Source of the DNA: Antedon mediterranea
Taxonomy: Eukaryota > Animalia > Echinodermata
Length of the DNA: 64,000 bases
Reading direction: 5' to 3'
Assembly: GCF_964355755.1 (NCBI RefSeq)
Contig: NC_092676.1
Span: 9,215,888 to 9,279,887, forward strand
In this document: positions 13,501 to 26,039 of the stretch, in pieces
Layout: each line of letters begins with the position of its first letter
Numbering within the stretch: the first letter of the stretch is position 1
The notes under the pieces: model-generated
Told to the model about the DNA's origin: nothing
The model's input: the letters and a program-made list of their open reading frames with translations, nothing else
The model's database searches: none
Position numbers and translations under genes: made by a program

Positions 13501-16500
13501 ATGCAGCACCCTCACCAGGAAGCTTCGCTGGCCACATCCAGTTACCGCTACATTTGACATCTTTAAGATCGGAGACCCTAGCAAACACAAGATTGGTAAG
13601 GGCTTCTCCTACAGACATCCTGGCACCACAGCCAGGATCGACTAACCCTTTAATAGGCTGCTCTCCAATGGCTGTAGCTGAGCCTACAGTTTCAAAGTGG
13701 GAGAGTGCGATAACAGCAACATCAGCGAGTGGTGTGTGCAGGGGGCCTACACATTGCTGCTGGGCTATCAGGCCCGTGACAGCACGATCAACCTAACAGA
13801 AACAATATATCCTGGTTATACACTTTCCATATTCCTTCACACAAATAAATTATGCAATATTAAAGATAAACAGATCTTTACCTTATTAGTCAAAAATCTT
13901 TTACTGGCTACTGAAGGTAGACGCAGAACACGGTCGAGTGCACATCGGACAGTCAACCCATCAGGTAGTGTTAACTGCTTAAGTTTTGGTTTACATCGAT
14001 CATACTTGAAAACCTGAGAGAAAAAAAAATATAATTCTATATAATTTTACAGACAGAAAGAGACACTATTATTATAACACATAATTATTTTCAATGGTTA
14101 TTTATGATGAAATCTGTGAGATTGAGAAAAGGTGACCTCAGCTGAGATTTGAACCTGGAATCTTCTGCTTGATATGCAGACATACTACCATTACACCACT
14201 GATGCATTCATGGTATGGTTCAAACTTATTACCGACACTACTCTACTATCAAGTCTCCATCATACCTTTTGCGGCATCTTCCCAAGAACCCATTCAAGTT
14301 GGAGATCAACTGGATAAGTAAGTGCTGTTCTTTTTATGCTTGGAGGTTCTGCATCACCCTTACCAGCTTCCACTTTCTTTTCCACCTCAAGACGAATCTG
14401 AAACAAAACAAAATATTTTTGTATTGCAAAACTCTTATGCACTCTATCTGTGCATGAAAAGGCATTCTTCAAAATTAGTAACACTGTAGTATTTAAATGC
14501 GTTTTTTCATACTTATCCCACAGTAAGCACAAACTTGCCAATTACAGGATGGATAAAATATTTTATAGTTTATCGTGCTTATAAACTAAGTTTTATTTCA
14601 GGCTTAGGGAGTGAAGTTGAAAGAGTCGTGAGTTACAACCCTTGACCTTGATTGAACCCTTGACCTTGGAATTGGAAGGCAAGCATGTTAAACCACCAAG
14701 CAACAGCTCCACTAAAAAAATTTAGAATAAAGTAGGTAAAAAAAATCATCCAAATATTACCTTCCCATCACCTGTAATGTCACCAACAAAAACAGCTGGA
14801 CATTTCTCTCTGTCACAAATATCTTGAAGTTTTTCTTGATCCTCAGATCGTATTAGTATGGCATTGGACTCCTGGTATTCTGCACCCCATAGTTCTAAGG
14901 TGTTGATGGTTGGATCACCTAGTTGGAATTCCTTAGCTTTTATTAGAGCACCTGCAGGTTCACATATCTCCTTTAAAACATTACCTGTACACAAAAAAAT
15001 GATTTAATTGGTCAGATGTTAGCCATAGTTTGACATAAAAATAAGTACATTTGTCTGACAAAGTGTCCCCTTAATAGGGATGTCCCAAATGAGGGGTGCT
15101 ACTGTACTTAGTAAAATAATAAAAATAAGCACATTGCATGCAAACTCACCATTGCCTCCAGCTCCTTGATCATGTATACTACATATAGGGTTTGTATCAA
15201 CCATCTCAATGCACGCCCTTATAACTCGGTTTAGTTTCTGTTCCATCTCCGCATCACCGCGCTGCACGGCTTCGAAGTCCAGTTTTTCTGTATTGTCACC
15301 TTGAACTTGAATGGAAGATGCAGCGCCCCCACCGACTCCGATGCGATAGATTGGTCCACCAAGTTTTACAATTTTCATTCCTGCATGGTAAACAATTATT
15401 GATCAGTCAATAATTAGTTTTCAATGGAGAAATAAAAACAAAATATTTTATCAGGTTACTATAATCTTATTTTATATGACAGACATATAATATCTATGTG
15501 GAGACAACAATAATAAGAAGTACAGTATTTTTTATGGTGTTGTATTTAGTTTGTTTAACAAACCTTTTTCTGCTTCGTCTTTAGTCGCATGCATACTCTC
15601 AAGCATCCCAATACCCCCGCTGAACATAATGGGCTTGACCCACTCTCTTCTGTCGCTCTCAGTAAGCATCATGCCAAATGAACGAGAGAAACCGGTTAGA
15701 ACGGGTTCACCAAACTTGTTGCCGTAGTCAGATGCACCGTTGCTGGCCTCTACAGCAACCGACAGAGCAGGCGCCATGTTGCTAGGATAAACCATATTTT
15801 TGTCCTCCCATGGAAGGTCATACCCTGTTTAAACAAATGTTCAATCAATGATAATAAATAATTAATTACACTGAATATATAACATTTATAAAAAGCAAAA
15901 TTATGTAATTAAGCAAGCAATTATGCCTGTTCACTGCATGCGTTACTTAATATCTTTCATCCCATACTCTATTTATACATATAAGTGCCAGTAAATGAAT
16001 ATCTTTTAATTGTTGTTACTTTGCAAATCTTTGATAAGGTTTATCCTTTATATTTGTATATTTGTTATGTTTTATTTTCTGTTATATTTGTATTTATTTT
16101 GATTTTTGAGCGAGTAAAGTCTGACATCAATTTTCATAAGGACTACAAAATCTAATTTTTAGATTTATATAATTTACCTGGAATGTTCAAATTTCCAAAA
16201 CAGTAGCCTGCAGTGCCAGCCACTACATGTGCCCCCTTCCCTGCAGCCTGAACATCACGTATCCTACCCCCAGTACCAGTTGTAGCCCCTGGGAAAGGTG
16301 CAACCCCAGTTGGAAAGTTATGGGTCTCTGCTGTGAAGATGATATGCCTGAGTGGTTCAGATTCCTCCATCACACTTGCTGACCCGGGATTGGCTGGTTT
16401 GAGAACTTTGACCTTATGGCCTTTGATTGCACTGAAAATCAAGTAAAGTCATCAAAGTGAGAAAAAACAGTATAGGTTCATTGACAACATTTAAAGCTCT

Positions 16501-19250
16501 GTCTGTCCCCAAATATGGTAGTGATATGACATCATCATATCCATATATGGGCACATCACATTTTTTTACATAAAAGTTGATAGTGTAGACAGAGCTTTAG
16601 GCAATACTTTGTGGTTCAACAAAATGTGAATAAATATCATTTACGATGGAAATTATGCCTGTAGTATTTTATGGGCTATTTCATGACACCCTCTAGAACT
16701 AATAATTTCAGGTATAATGCCTAATTCTGTCCAGCACAACAAGATTTATACAAGAGTCATAGACACCATTCCAGTGAACTATATCGTGATTCGATTCGGA
16801 AAATATGGATATAAATATAAAAGCCACGTAAAATGTTAAGATACCTGCTGTTATCCGAGAATTTAATGACGTTGTTATCATTGCTGGTAGCTTGCGTTGA
16901 CATCACCATCTTGAATAAAGAATGATCTTTTTCTTCTCCATCGATTACCATCTTACCCTTAAAAAACCAATGACGACTATGCTCACTAGAAAGAAGACAG
17001 AAAGCAAGAAAAAACCATTTGTGGGAATATTTTCAGGAATTTCTAAATACAGTAATGAAAGCTGAGAAATGTTGCATAGATGAAAAGAATTTAAGTAAAG
17101 AATGGTCTATGTCTTAGGATTATCCATGGTTACAAATACTATTTTACTTTATTTTAGGCTAGAAGGCAAATAGACAATGCCACAATTGTTTTTCACCTGT
17201 TTTTTTTTTCAGGTATATATTGAGGCAGATGGTATCTTTGTTCTTTTTGACTGTTTTACTTCATTTACTTTATTTTTACCTCATTTTGATTTAGCTATTT
17301 AGCATATTCTATTTATATCTCTATCCAATCACTGATAAACTCACAGCATTGCAATATTGTATTTTCAATAATTTAGGTTTGTATTAAATAAAGATATTAC
17401 TTTTACAAGACAGTAAAGAATGTAAATAAATATTCATGACCATCATTCACAGATGGTAAAACTTCATGCGACTAAAACTAAAGTGCTTTGTACCTGTTAG
17501 ACTGAGCCAAGTCAAAGAGTTCAACACTTGTTGGATTCCGTTTAACCTTTTCAATAAACATGTTGGTGTAAAAGTCTATGTCCCACGTATCAAAGGCAAG
17601 TCCTGCAGTAAGAATAATACAAAATGTTTATAATGCAATATTAATAATAGAAATCTTCATCAACCATTTATTGGTCATGATAAGCTTTGGTTTATAAATT
17701 CAATAACAATGAATTCTTAAATGAACAATGTATCCACAGACCGATTAAATAATTACTGTACAGTAATATTAACTGGTTACTAGAACACACTTAAAAGAAT
17801 ATGAAATCATGTTGGATGTTAAGCTAAATGTAATGTTAAAGACCTATTCCCTACAATTTTTGCCTTGTCTTTTCTGTTTTATGGTAAATTATGATAAAAA
17901 GAAAGAAACAATACACATGCACAATGCATGTTATGATTTATAGAAAGTCTCTAAATGATTAGAATCAATTTATTTTTCAAATTTTTAACAGTTTTAAAGA
18001 CGAAAAAGTTATTGCATACATATTTATTTTTACATTAAATGTAGTTTGTGACCTATAATTAGATCTAAAAACGTAGGAAATGGGACTTTAATCATAATAT
18101 AATGATATACAGTATCAACACAAAGTTACCTATATTAATTTTAAAGTTAAGTTAATAATAGAAAAAACTGAAATAGAATTAAAAAACACAGGAGTTTAAC
18201 ACAGTTCAAAGTTCATCTATACTTGGGGAACATGATTGAGAGTACTACAATCACCTAATTCTTTGTTTGCCTTTTCCAGAGCAACTTTCCCTTCACCTAT
18301 AACATCAATTTCAAAGACTTCTTCTGGTTTAGCTTTAATTTCAAAGCTGCTGATTGGTTCGTGGTAGTGACATTCCGTCATACGATCGTGAAGTACGGCT
18401 ACCAGTAGCTTCTCTTCCTCGGGGCTGATAGACGCAGCAATGCCATGATCGTCGGCTACGTTTATAAGATAGCGAATAGAACGCTCAATACGAGTCACAT
18501 GGTTGATTCCAGCCGATTGGCAGATTGAGACAGCATTTGTTGACCAGGCCGTAGAGAAGTTCAACCTGTGTGTATAAAAATTAAACTTATTATATCATAT
18601 ACAGTAGATAGTGTAATGTAATGCCCATGATATTAAATATACAGTCAACATATTCTGCCATGCATGTTTATGCCCACCTTTCTTAATTTATGCCTATTAC
18701 CTTGTTGAACAACAAAAATTATGACTTTTACTTTTTCAGATATTACCTACCGAATAACAAAACATACAGTATTATTTATTAATACTTATTCTCAACTGAA
18801 ACCGACACTAACACTGTACGACTAGACAAGAAGGGTAATTTGTTAATTAAAAAACATTTTCTGACCTAGGCCCAATTTCAATCAGAAGTCCATCAGGTTC
18901 TTGATCATCTTCAACTATGATTGACTTGGTCAGCAGGCTAAATTCTTCAAAAGGGGTACCTAAGATCCATTGTATTTTCTTCTGTTCTTCACCACTGAGG
19001 CAATCTATGAAAATAATACACAGTTTAATTGACATTTTCAAAATAATATTAGTTTGGCAAAACAATTTATTAAAATTTAAATTAGAAAGGAAGAGTACCT
19101 ACCTCCGTTTACTTCCACATTAAAACAAATTTCCGTTTTTAAATCTTGCAATTTAGAATTTTCCAACTGCTTTGCTAATTTCTTCCACAAAACATTTGAA
19201 GCCCCTGGGAGTAATGCCGGACTTTTATAAAACCGAGTAATGATAGTCAT
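10515..19250 (-). CDS. PFAS: Phosphoribosylformylglycinamidine synthase (FGAM synthase, large PurL), complete, 21 coding exons, about 1355 aa
   Basis: GT-AG exons: 19250-19103, 19004-18866, 18565-18255, 17602-17494, 16985-16845, 16431-16178, 15824-15564, 15380-15150, 14984-14761, 14397-14266, 14013-13882, 13792-13381, 13233-13150, 13039-12884, 12622-12509, 12381-12230, 12117-11895, 11776-11570, 11424-11266, 11101-10946, 10837-10515. Sum is 4068 nt, a multiple of 3. Motifs: [39 protein letters not shown], and glutaminase GVCNGCQL and MPHPER. Confidence 0.97.
12666..12814. mobile_element. ~150-bp MITE (PIF/Harbinger-like by TAA/TTA flanks)
   Basis: TIR agctctgtctacactatcaaact...agtttgatagtgtagacagcgct, flanked by taa and tta. 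Confidence 0.8.
14125..14205 (-). mobile_element. tRNA-derived SINE head or tRNA pseudogene
   Basis: A-box-like agtggtgtaatggtag and B-box-like ggttcaaatc on the minus strand; degenerate. Confidence 0.45.
14630..14713 (-). mobile_element. tRNA-derived SINE fragment, same family as 57128-57200
   Basis: gtggagctgttgcttggtggtttaac...gccttccaa...gggttcaatc. Confidence 0.5.
16495..16597. mobile_element. Same MITE family, internally deleted
   Basis: aagctctgtct...ttgatagtgtagacagagcttta. Confidence 0.75.
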
Positions 19251-19361
19251 ATTCTTTAAAAAAATAAATTATTAAATATTAGATCTATATTATTTTATAT
19301 ATTATTATTTATTATTATTGATGTTTACACTAAAAAAGTATAACTATAAAGTATATGACTT

Positions 19362-20085
19362 ATAATAATAATAATAATAAGCTTTATTTAATCACGGATA
19401 CTTAACTTCAACTGAAAGTTGTTTTTCAGTAAGACCGTGTTTAAAGGAAAACACCAACAAAAATAAATGTAAAAAGACCTTAATTACTATCAAAAGAGAA
19501 AAAAAAAAAAAAAAACAATTACAATGAAATAAAATGAAACAAGGGTACACTTACTAACTATAAAATTAAATAATACACTACAGTACATTTAAATAAAGCT
19601 ACATGAAATTAGCAGTTAACAGTTTCTTAAAAAGAGAGACAGTGTTCACATTTTTAATATCTTCATTTAGCTCATTCCAAACAATTACAATGAAATAAAA
19701 TAAAACAAGCGTACACTTACTAACTATAAAATTAAATAATACACTACATTTAAATAAAGCTACATGAAATTAGCAGTTAACAGTTTCTTAAAAAGAGAGA
19801 CACTGTTCACATTTTTAATATCTTCATTTAGCTCATTCCTAACCTTGGCACCTCTATATGATAAGCTACGTTTTTGGTTTTGGTACTATTAAATTTGGCT
19901 TAGTTCTAATATTATAGTAATTGTTTTTGATATTGAATTTATTTTTATTAAATATGGAGGTGCAAGGTTGTTCATAATCTTAAACATAACAATAGCTTCA
20001 TTTACATATAATATTTCATCTAAGTTCATCCAATTTAGACTTTGTAGAGCTTGAGTACTAGAGTGATCTGTAATTCGCGTAGCTT
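19362..20085 (-). mobile_element. 3' end of a degenerate LINE (L2/Crack/CR1 group) with (TTA)n tail
   Basis: Translation SLNWMNL...VMFKIMNNLAPPYL...YNIR...KRSLSYRGAKV(W)NELNEDIKNVNSVSLFKKLL* is a typical ORF2 C-terminus. It has AATAAA plus a (tta)n tail and an internal ~165-bp tandem duplication (about 19513-19840). Confidence 0.8.
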
Positions 20086-20214
20086 CAGAGTCGATGTGGC
20101 AAGGTTAGATGGTGGTTGTTGTACGGTATCACCAAGCACATCAAACGTGTTACTTGAGATTGTGCTAATGCCATTTTATTTACAGTATAGAATAGGTTTA
20201 GATACAAACTTTTT

Positions 20215-20765
20215 GGGTATTGCTTTTTTTGTTGTTTGCGCTGTGAAATCAATAATTTTCCCAAAAATTGAAGTTTTTCACCCAAAAAAAAGGAAACTTA
20301 AAGGAATTTCAAATTTGTTTTCCCATAAATTGTCTCCTTATATAGTTCTAGTTGTTATCTAATCAATATTAATTGATTTAAAGGAGGTTTGCGCAGCTTT
20401 TTTTTTAGGTTTGCGCTGTGAAATCAGTAATTTTCCCAAAAATTGAAGTTTTTTACCCAAAAAAAGGCAAACTTAAAGGAATTTTAAATTTTTTCCCCAT
20501 AAATTGTCTCCCTATATAGGTCTAGTTGTGTTTTAATCAATATTAATTGATTTAAAGGAGGTTTGCGCAGCTTTTTTTGGAGGTTTGCGCTGTGAAATCA
20601 GTAATTTTCCCAAAAATTGAAGTTTTTCACCCAAAAAAAGTCAAACTTAAAGGAATTTTATATTTTTTCCTCATAAATTGTCTCCCTATACAGGTCTAGT
20701 TGTGTTTTAATCAATATTAATTTTTTTGTTGTTTGCGCAGTGTTTGCGCAGTTTAGCAATTACCC
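20215..20765. mobile_element. ~550-bp TIR element containing about 3 tandem ~175-bp repeats
   Basis: Ends are gggtattgc and gcaat(t)accc. Direct repeat aacttttt at 20207-20214 and 20766-20773 (8-bp TSD; 6 or 4 bp if the TIR is extended). Confidence 0.75.
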
Positions 20766-22789
20766 AACTTTTTAGGTAGTTCAAATCCAGGTTCACTTGC
20801 AATATTCTGTAAACTAAGAATTTGTTGCTCAAGAGACCAGTTTCTTTCACTCATTTCTTTAAAAGCTTTACTAAGGTGAACAAAATTTGAATGGATTTCT
20901 TGAATTAGTGTAGCTGTTGTTTTAATTCAGAAACTTTCTCATCAGTTTGCTTTATTTTCAGCTTTAGTGATGGGATCTGGTCCCATTATTTAGGTGTTTG
21001 AGTTGAACAATCAATTGCTTTCACAAACTCAGAGGATTTACAATTCTGACTGTAATCGTTGAGTGTTATTTCTTCAATTAACGGCGCTGTTCCAATATTT
21101 AGCTCGTCTTTTTTTATTTCCTTTCATAATCATAGCTTAATTTTCTGAATAGATCAATATTATCAGGAGTCGATGTTTCAAATGCAAGCCTATCAAAATG
21201 ACTTCTAAGTTCATCATATGCAAAGCCATAAAAGCTAGAGTTTGTTATATCTAGAATGCTTGGAGCTTTTATATGACCATAGCTAGGCCACTGGTTTTCC
21301 ATTGTTAGCTTTGTTTGAAATTGGGCGGAAAAAGCTTGTGTACTTACTTGAACAATAGAAAGCTGGTGCATCAATTGTTCTTGCTTGAGCCTAAGATCCT
21401 CAACATGAAAAAACACTTAATATCCTGCTTATAATATTGACTTTGACAATAAAAATTACATCTCCATGTTGAGAAAACAACAGTTTAGACAATTTATCAG
21501 TCACTAGGTGGTAGAAAGTTGAAAACTATTTTATGGAGAAGATTTTTCAATAGCTTTTTTCAAGAGCTTCTTGGCTTGGCTAAGTCGAAACTGGTTTTAA
21601 TTAATTAATTTTATCCTAAAAAAGTACAAGATTGCCCATATATTATTAGGCTATCTAGGACCAGGTTCTTTCTATGAATATAGGCTAGGCTATATTTATA
21701 TGTAACTCGGCGTTTACGCCAAAAAAACATGAGCCTGGTTTTTATTTAGTAGGCCTGGCCTAGTCGACAACATCATTCCCGCACTTTCATCGTTCATTTT
21801 ATAAGTTGTCCGTCCTAAATAAGGGCCTAGCTAGGCTTACCTAGCCCATTAAGCCTAGCCTAAATTGTAGTCATCAGAAAGAGCACTAATAAAAAAAACA
21901 GATGCACAATAAGTAATCACAAACTCAGAGGATTTACAATTCCGACTGTAATCGTTGAGTGTTATTTCTTCAATTAACGGCGCTGTTTCAATATTTAGCT
22001 CGTCTTTTTTTATTTCCTTTCATAATCATAGCTTAATTTTCTGAATAGATCAATATTATCAGGAGTCGATGTTTCAAATGCAAGCCTATCAAAATGACTT
22101 CTAAGTTCATCATATGCAAAGCCATAAAAGCTAGAGTTTGTTATATCTAGAATGCTTGGAGCTTTTATATGACCATAGCTAGGCCACTGGTTTTCCATTG
22201 TTAGCTTTGTTTGAAATTTGGCGGAAAAAGCTTGTGTACTTACTTGAACAATAGAAAGCTGGTGTATCAATTGTTCTTGCTTGAGCCTAAGATCCTCAAC
22301 ATGAAAAAAACACTTAATATCCCGCTTATAATATTGACTTTGACAATAAAAATTACATCTCCATGTTGAGAAAACAACAGTTTAGACAATTTATCAGTCA
22401 CTAGGTGGTAGAAAGTTGAAAACTAATTTATAGAGAAGATTTTTCAATAGCTTTTTTCAAGAGCGCCGTGAAGTTGGTTACTTATTCCTTATTCGACATT
22501 CGTCAATGGAAGTTGGTTCCTTATTCGACGTTCGACATTCGCTAGGCTAGGCCAAAATTTCGAAAATGATAATTTCCCAGCGGTAAATATGCCGTGCGCC
22601 ACCAACCAATCTCCTGCTGGTACTTATTCCCTATTCGACATTCATTCGTGAAGTTGGTTCCTTATTCGACGTTCGCTAGGCCGCGGCCGACCGGCTGGCC
22701 CAAATTCGTACCAAAGTAGACCTAGTGTAGATGTACCTATTTTATCACAGATTTACATTTTTTAGTTCCGATATTACGACCATACCAAC

Positions 22790-25700
22790 GCCTCGGGCCG
22801 GGTTCACAATAGTATAGATTGACGTAGTATGGTCCTGGAATTCCAGAAATGTGCCACTTGCCCCGACCCAGATCGGGCAAGTACGTGTTTTAACGCAATT
22901 TCAAATGCGTATTTTTAGCAATAATTTACTAAGAATTAATAGCACCACTTTTAAAGTGGCCATATGACCACACCCCGACGCCTCGGGCCGGGTACACAAT
23001 AATATAGATTGACGTAGTATGGTCCTGGCATTCCAGAAATGTGCCACTCGCCCCGGCCCAGTGCGGGCAAGTACGGGTTTTAAAGCAATTTAAAATGCGT
23101 ATTTTTAGTGTTATTTTACTAAGTATTAATAGCACCACTTTTAAAGTGGCAATATGACCACACCCCGACGTCTCGGGCCGGCCGCCGGGTACACAATAGT
23201 ATAGATTGACGTAGTATGGTCCTGGCTTTCCAGAAATGTGCCACTTGCCCCGGCCCAGTGCGGGCAAGTACGGATTTTAAAGCAATTTAAAATGCGTATT
23301 TTTGGCATTAATTTATTAAACACCACTTTTAAAGTGGCCATATGACCACACACCGACGCATCGGGCCGGGTACACAATAGTATAGATTGACGTAGTATGG
23401 TCCTGGCATTCCAGAAATGTGCCACCTGCCCCGGCCCAGTGCGTGCAAGTACGTGTTTTAAAGCAATTTCAAATGCGTATTTTTAGCAAAAATTTACTAA
23501 GAATTAATAGCACCACTTTTAAAGTGGCCATATGACCACACCCCGACGCCTCGGGTCGAGTTCACAATAGTATAGATTGATGTACAATGGTCCTGGCATT
23601 CCATAAATGTACCACTTGCCCCGGCCCAGTGCGGGCAAGTACGTGTTTAAAAGCAATTTCAAATTCGTATTTTTAGCATTAATTTACTAAGAATTAATAG
23701 CACCACTTTTAAAGTGGCCATATGACCACACCCCAACGCCTCGGGCCGGGAACACAATAGTATAGATTGACGTAGAATGGTCCTGGCATTCCAGAAATGT
23801 GCCACTTGCCCCGGCCCAGTGCGGGCAAGTACGGATTTTAAAGCAATTTAAAATGCGTATTTTTAGCATTAATTTAGTAAACACCACTTTTAAAGTGGCC
23901 ATATGACCACACCCCGACGCCTCGGGCCGGGTACACAATAGTATAGATTGACTTAGTATGGTCCTGGATTTCCAGAAATGTGCCACTTGCCCCGGCCCAG
24001 TGCGGGCAAGTACGTGTTTAAAAGCAATTTCAAATGCGTATTTTTAGCATTAATTTACTAAGAATTAATAGCACCACATTTAAAGTGGCCATATGACCAC
24101 ACCCCGACGCCTCGGGCCGGGAACACAATAGTATAGATTAACGTAGTATGGTCCTGGCATTCCAGAAATATGCCACTTGCCCCGGCCCAGTGCGGGCAAG
24201 TACGGATTTTAAAGCAATTTAAAATGCGTATTTTTAGCATTAATTTAGTAAACACCACTTTTAAAGTGGCCATATGACCACACCCCGACGCCTCGGGCCG
24301 GGTACACAATAGTATAGATTGACGTAGTATGGTCCTGGCTTTCCAGAAATGTGCCACTTGCCCCGGCCCAGTGCGGGAAAGTACGGATTTTAAAGCAATT
24401 TAAAATGCGTGTTTTTAGTGTTATTTTACTAAGTATTAATAGCACCACTTTTAAAGTGGCAATATGACCACACCCCGACGCCTCGGGCCGGATTCACAAT
24501 AGTATGGATTGACGTAGAATGGTCCGGACATTCCAGAAATGTGCCACTTGCCCCGGCCCAGTGCGGGCAAGTACGGGTTTTAAAGCAATTTAAAATGCGT
24601 ATTTTTAGTGTTATTTTACTAAGTATTAATAGCACCACTTTTAAAGTGGCAATATGACCGCACCCCGACGCCTCGGGCCGGGTACACAATAGTATAGATT
24701 GACGTAGTATGGTCCTGGCTTTCCAGAAATGTGCCACTTGCCCCGGCCCAGGGCGAGTACGGATTTTAAAGCAATTTAAAATGCGTATTTTTGGCATTAA
24801 TTTAGTAAACACCACTTTTAAAGTGGCCATATGACCACACCCCGACGCATCGGGCCGGGTACACAATAGTATAGATTGACGTAGTATGGTCCTGACATTC
24901 TAGAAATGTGCCACCTGCCCCGGCGGCCCAGTGCGTGCAAGTACGTGTTTTAAAGCAATTTCAAATGCGTATTTTTAGCAAAAATTTACTAAGAATTAAT
25001 AGCACCACTTTTAAAGTGGCCATATGACCAAACCCCGACGCCTCGGGTCGGGTTCACAATAGTATAGATTGATGTAGAATGGTCCTGGCATTCCATAAAT
25101 GTGCCACTTGCCCCGGCCCAGTGCGGGCAAGTAAGTGTTTAAAAGCAATTTCAAATGCGTATTTTTAGCATTAATTTACTAAGAATTAATAGCACCACAT
25201 TTAAAGTGGCCATATGACCACACCCCGACACCTCGGGCCGGGAACACAATAGTATAGATTGACGTAGTATGGTCCTGGCATTCCAGAAATATGCCACTTG
25301 CCCCGGCCCAGTGCGAGCAAGTACTGATTTTAAAGCAATTTAAAATGCGTATTTTTAGCATTAGTAAACACCACTTTTAAAGTGGCCATATGACCACACC
25401 CCGACGCCTCGGGCCGGGTACACAATAGTATAGATTGACGTATTATGGTCCTGGCTTTCCAGAAATGTGCCACTTGCCCCGGCCCAGTGCGGGCAAGTAC
25501 GTGTTTAAAAGCAATTTCAAATGCGTATTTTTAGCATTAATTTACTAAGAATTAATAGCACCACATTTAAAGTGGCCATATGACCACACCCCGACGCCTC
25601 GGGCCGGGAACACAATAGTATAGATTGACGTAGTATGGTCCTGGCATTCCAGAAATATGCCACTTGCCCCGGCCCAGTGCGGGCAAGTACGGATTTTAAA

Positions 25701-26039
25701 GCAATTTAAAATGCGTATTTTTAGCATTAATTTAGTAAACACCACTTTTAAAGTGGCCATATGACCACACCCCGATGCCTCGGGCCGGGTACACAATAGT
25801 ATAGATTGACGTAGTATGGTCCTGGCTTTCCAGAAATGTGCCACTTGCCCCGGCCTAGTGCGGGCAAGTACGGATTTTAAAGCAATTTAAAATGCGTATT
25901 TTTAGCATTAATTTAGTAAACACCACTTTTAAAGTGGCCATATGACCACACCCCGATGCCTCGGGCCGGGTACACAATAGTATAGATTGACGTAGTATGG
26001 TCCTGGCTTTCCAGAAATGTGCCACTTGCCCCGGCCCAG
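22790..26039 (-). repeat. 181/190-bp satellite, left arm (about 17-18 monomers)
   Basis: Tandem monomers in reverse orientation; ORF offsets of 371 bp equal 190+181. Confidence 0.95.

Noticed and set aside
13367-14017. Plus-strand ORFs of 92-135 aa
   Set aside because: They are antisense shadows of PFAS exons. The same applies to the minus-strand ORFs over GART exons (50506, 52675, 54461).
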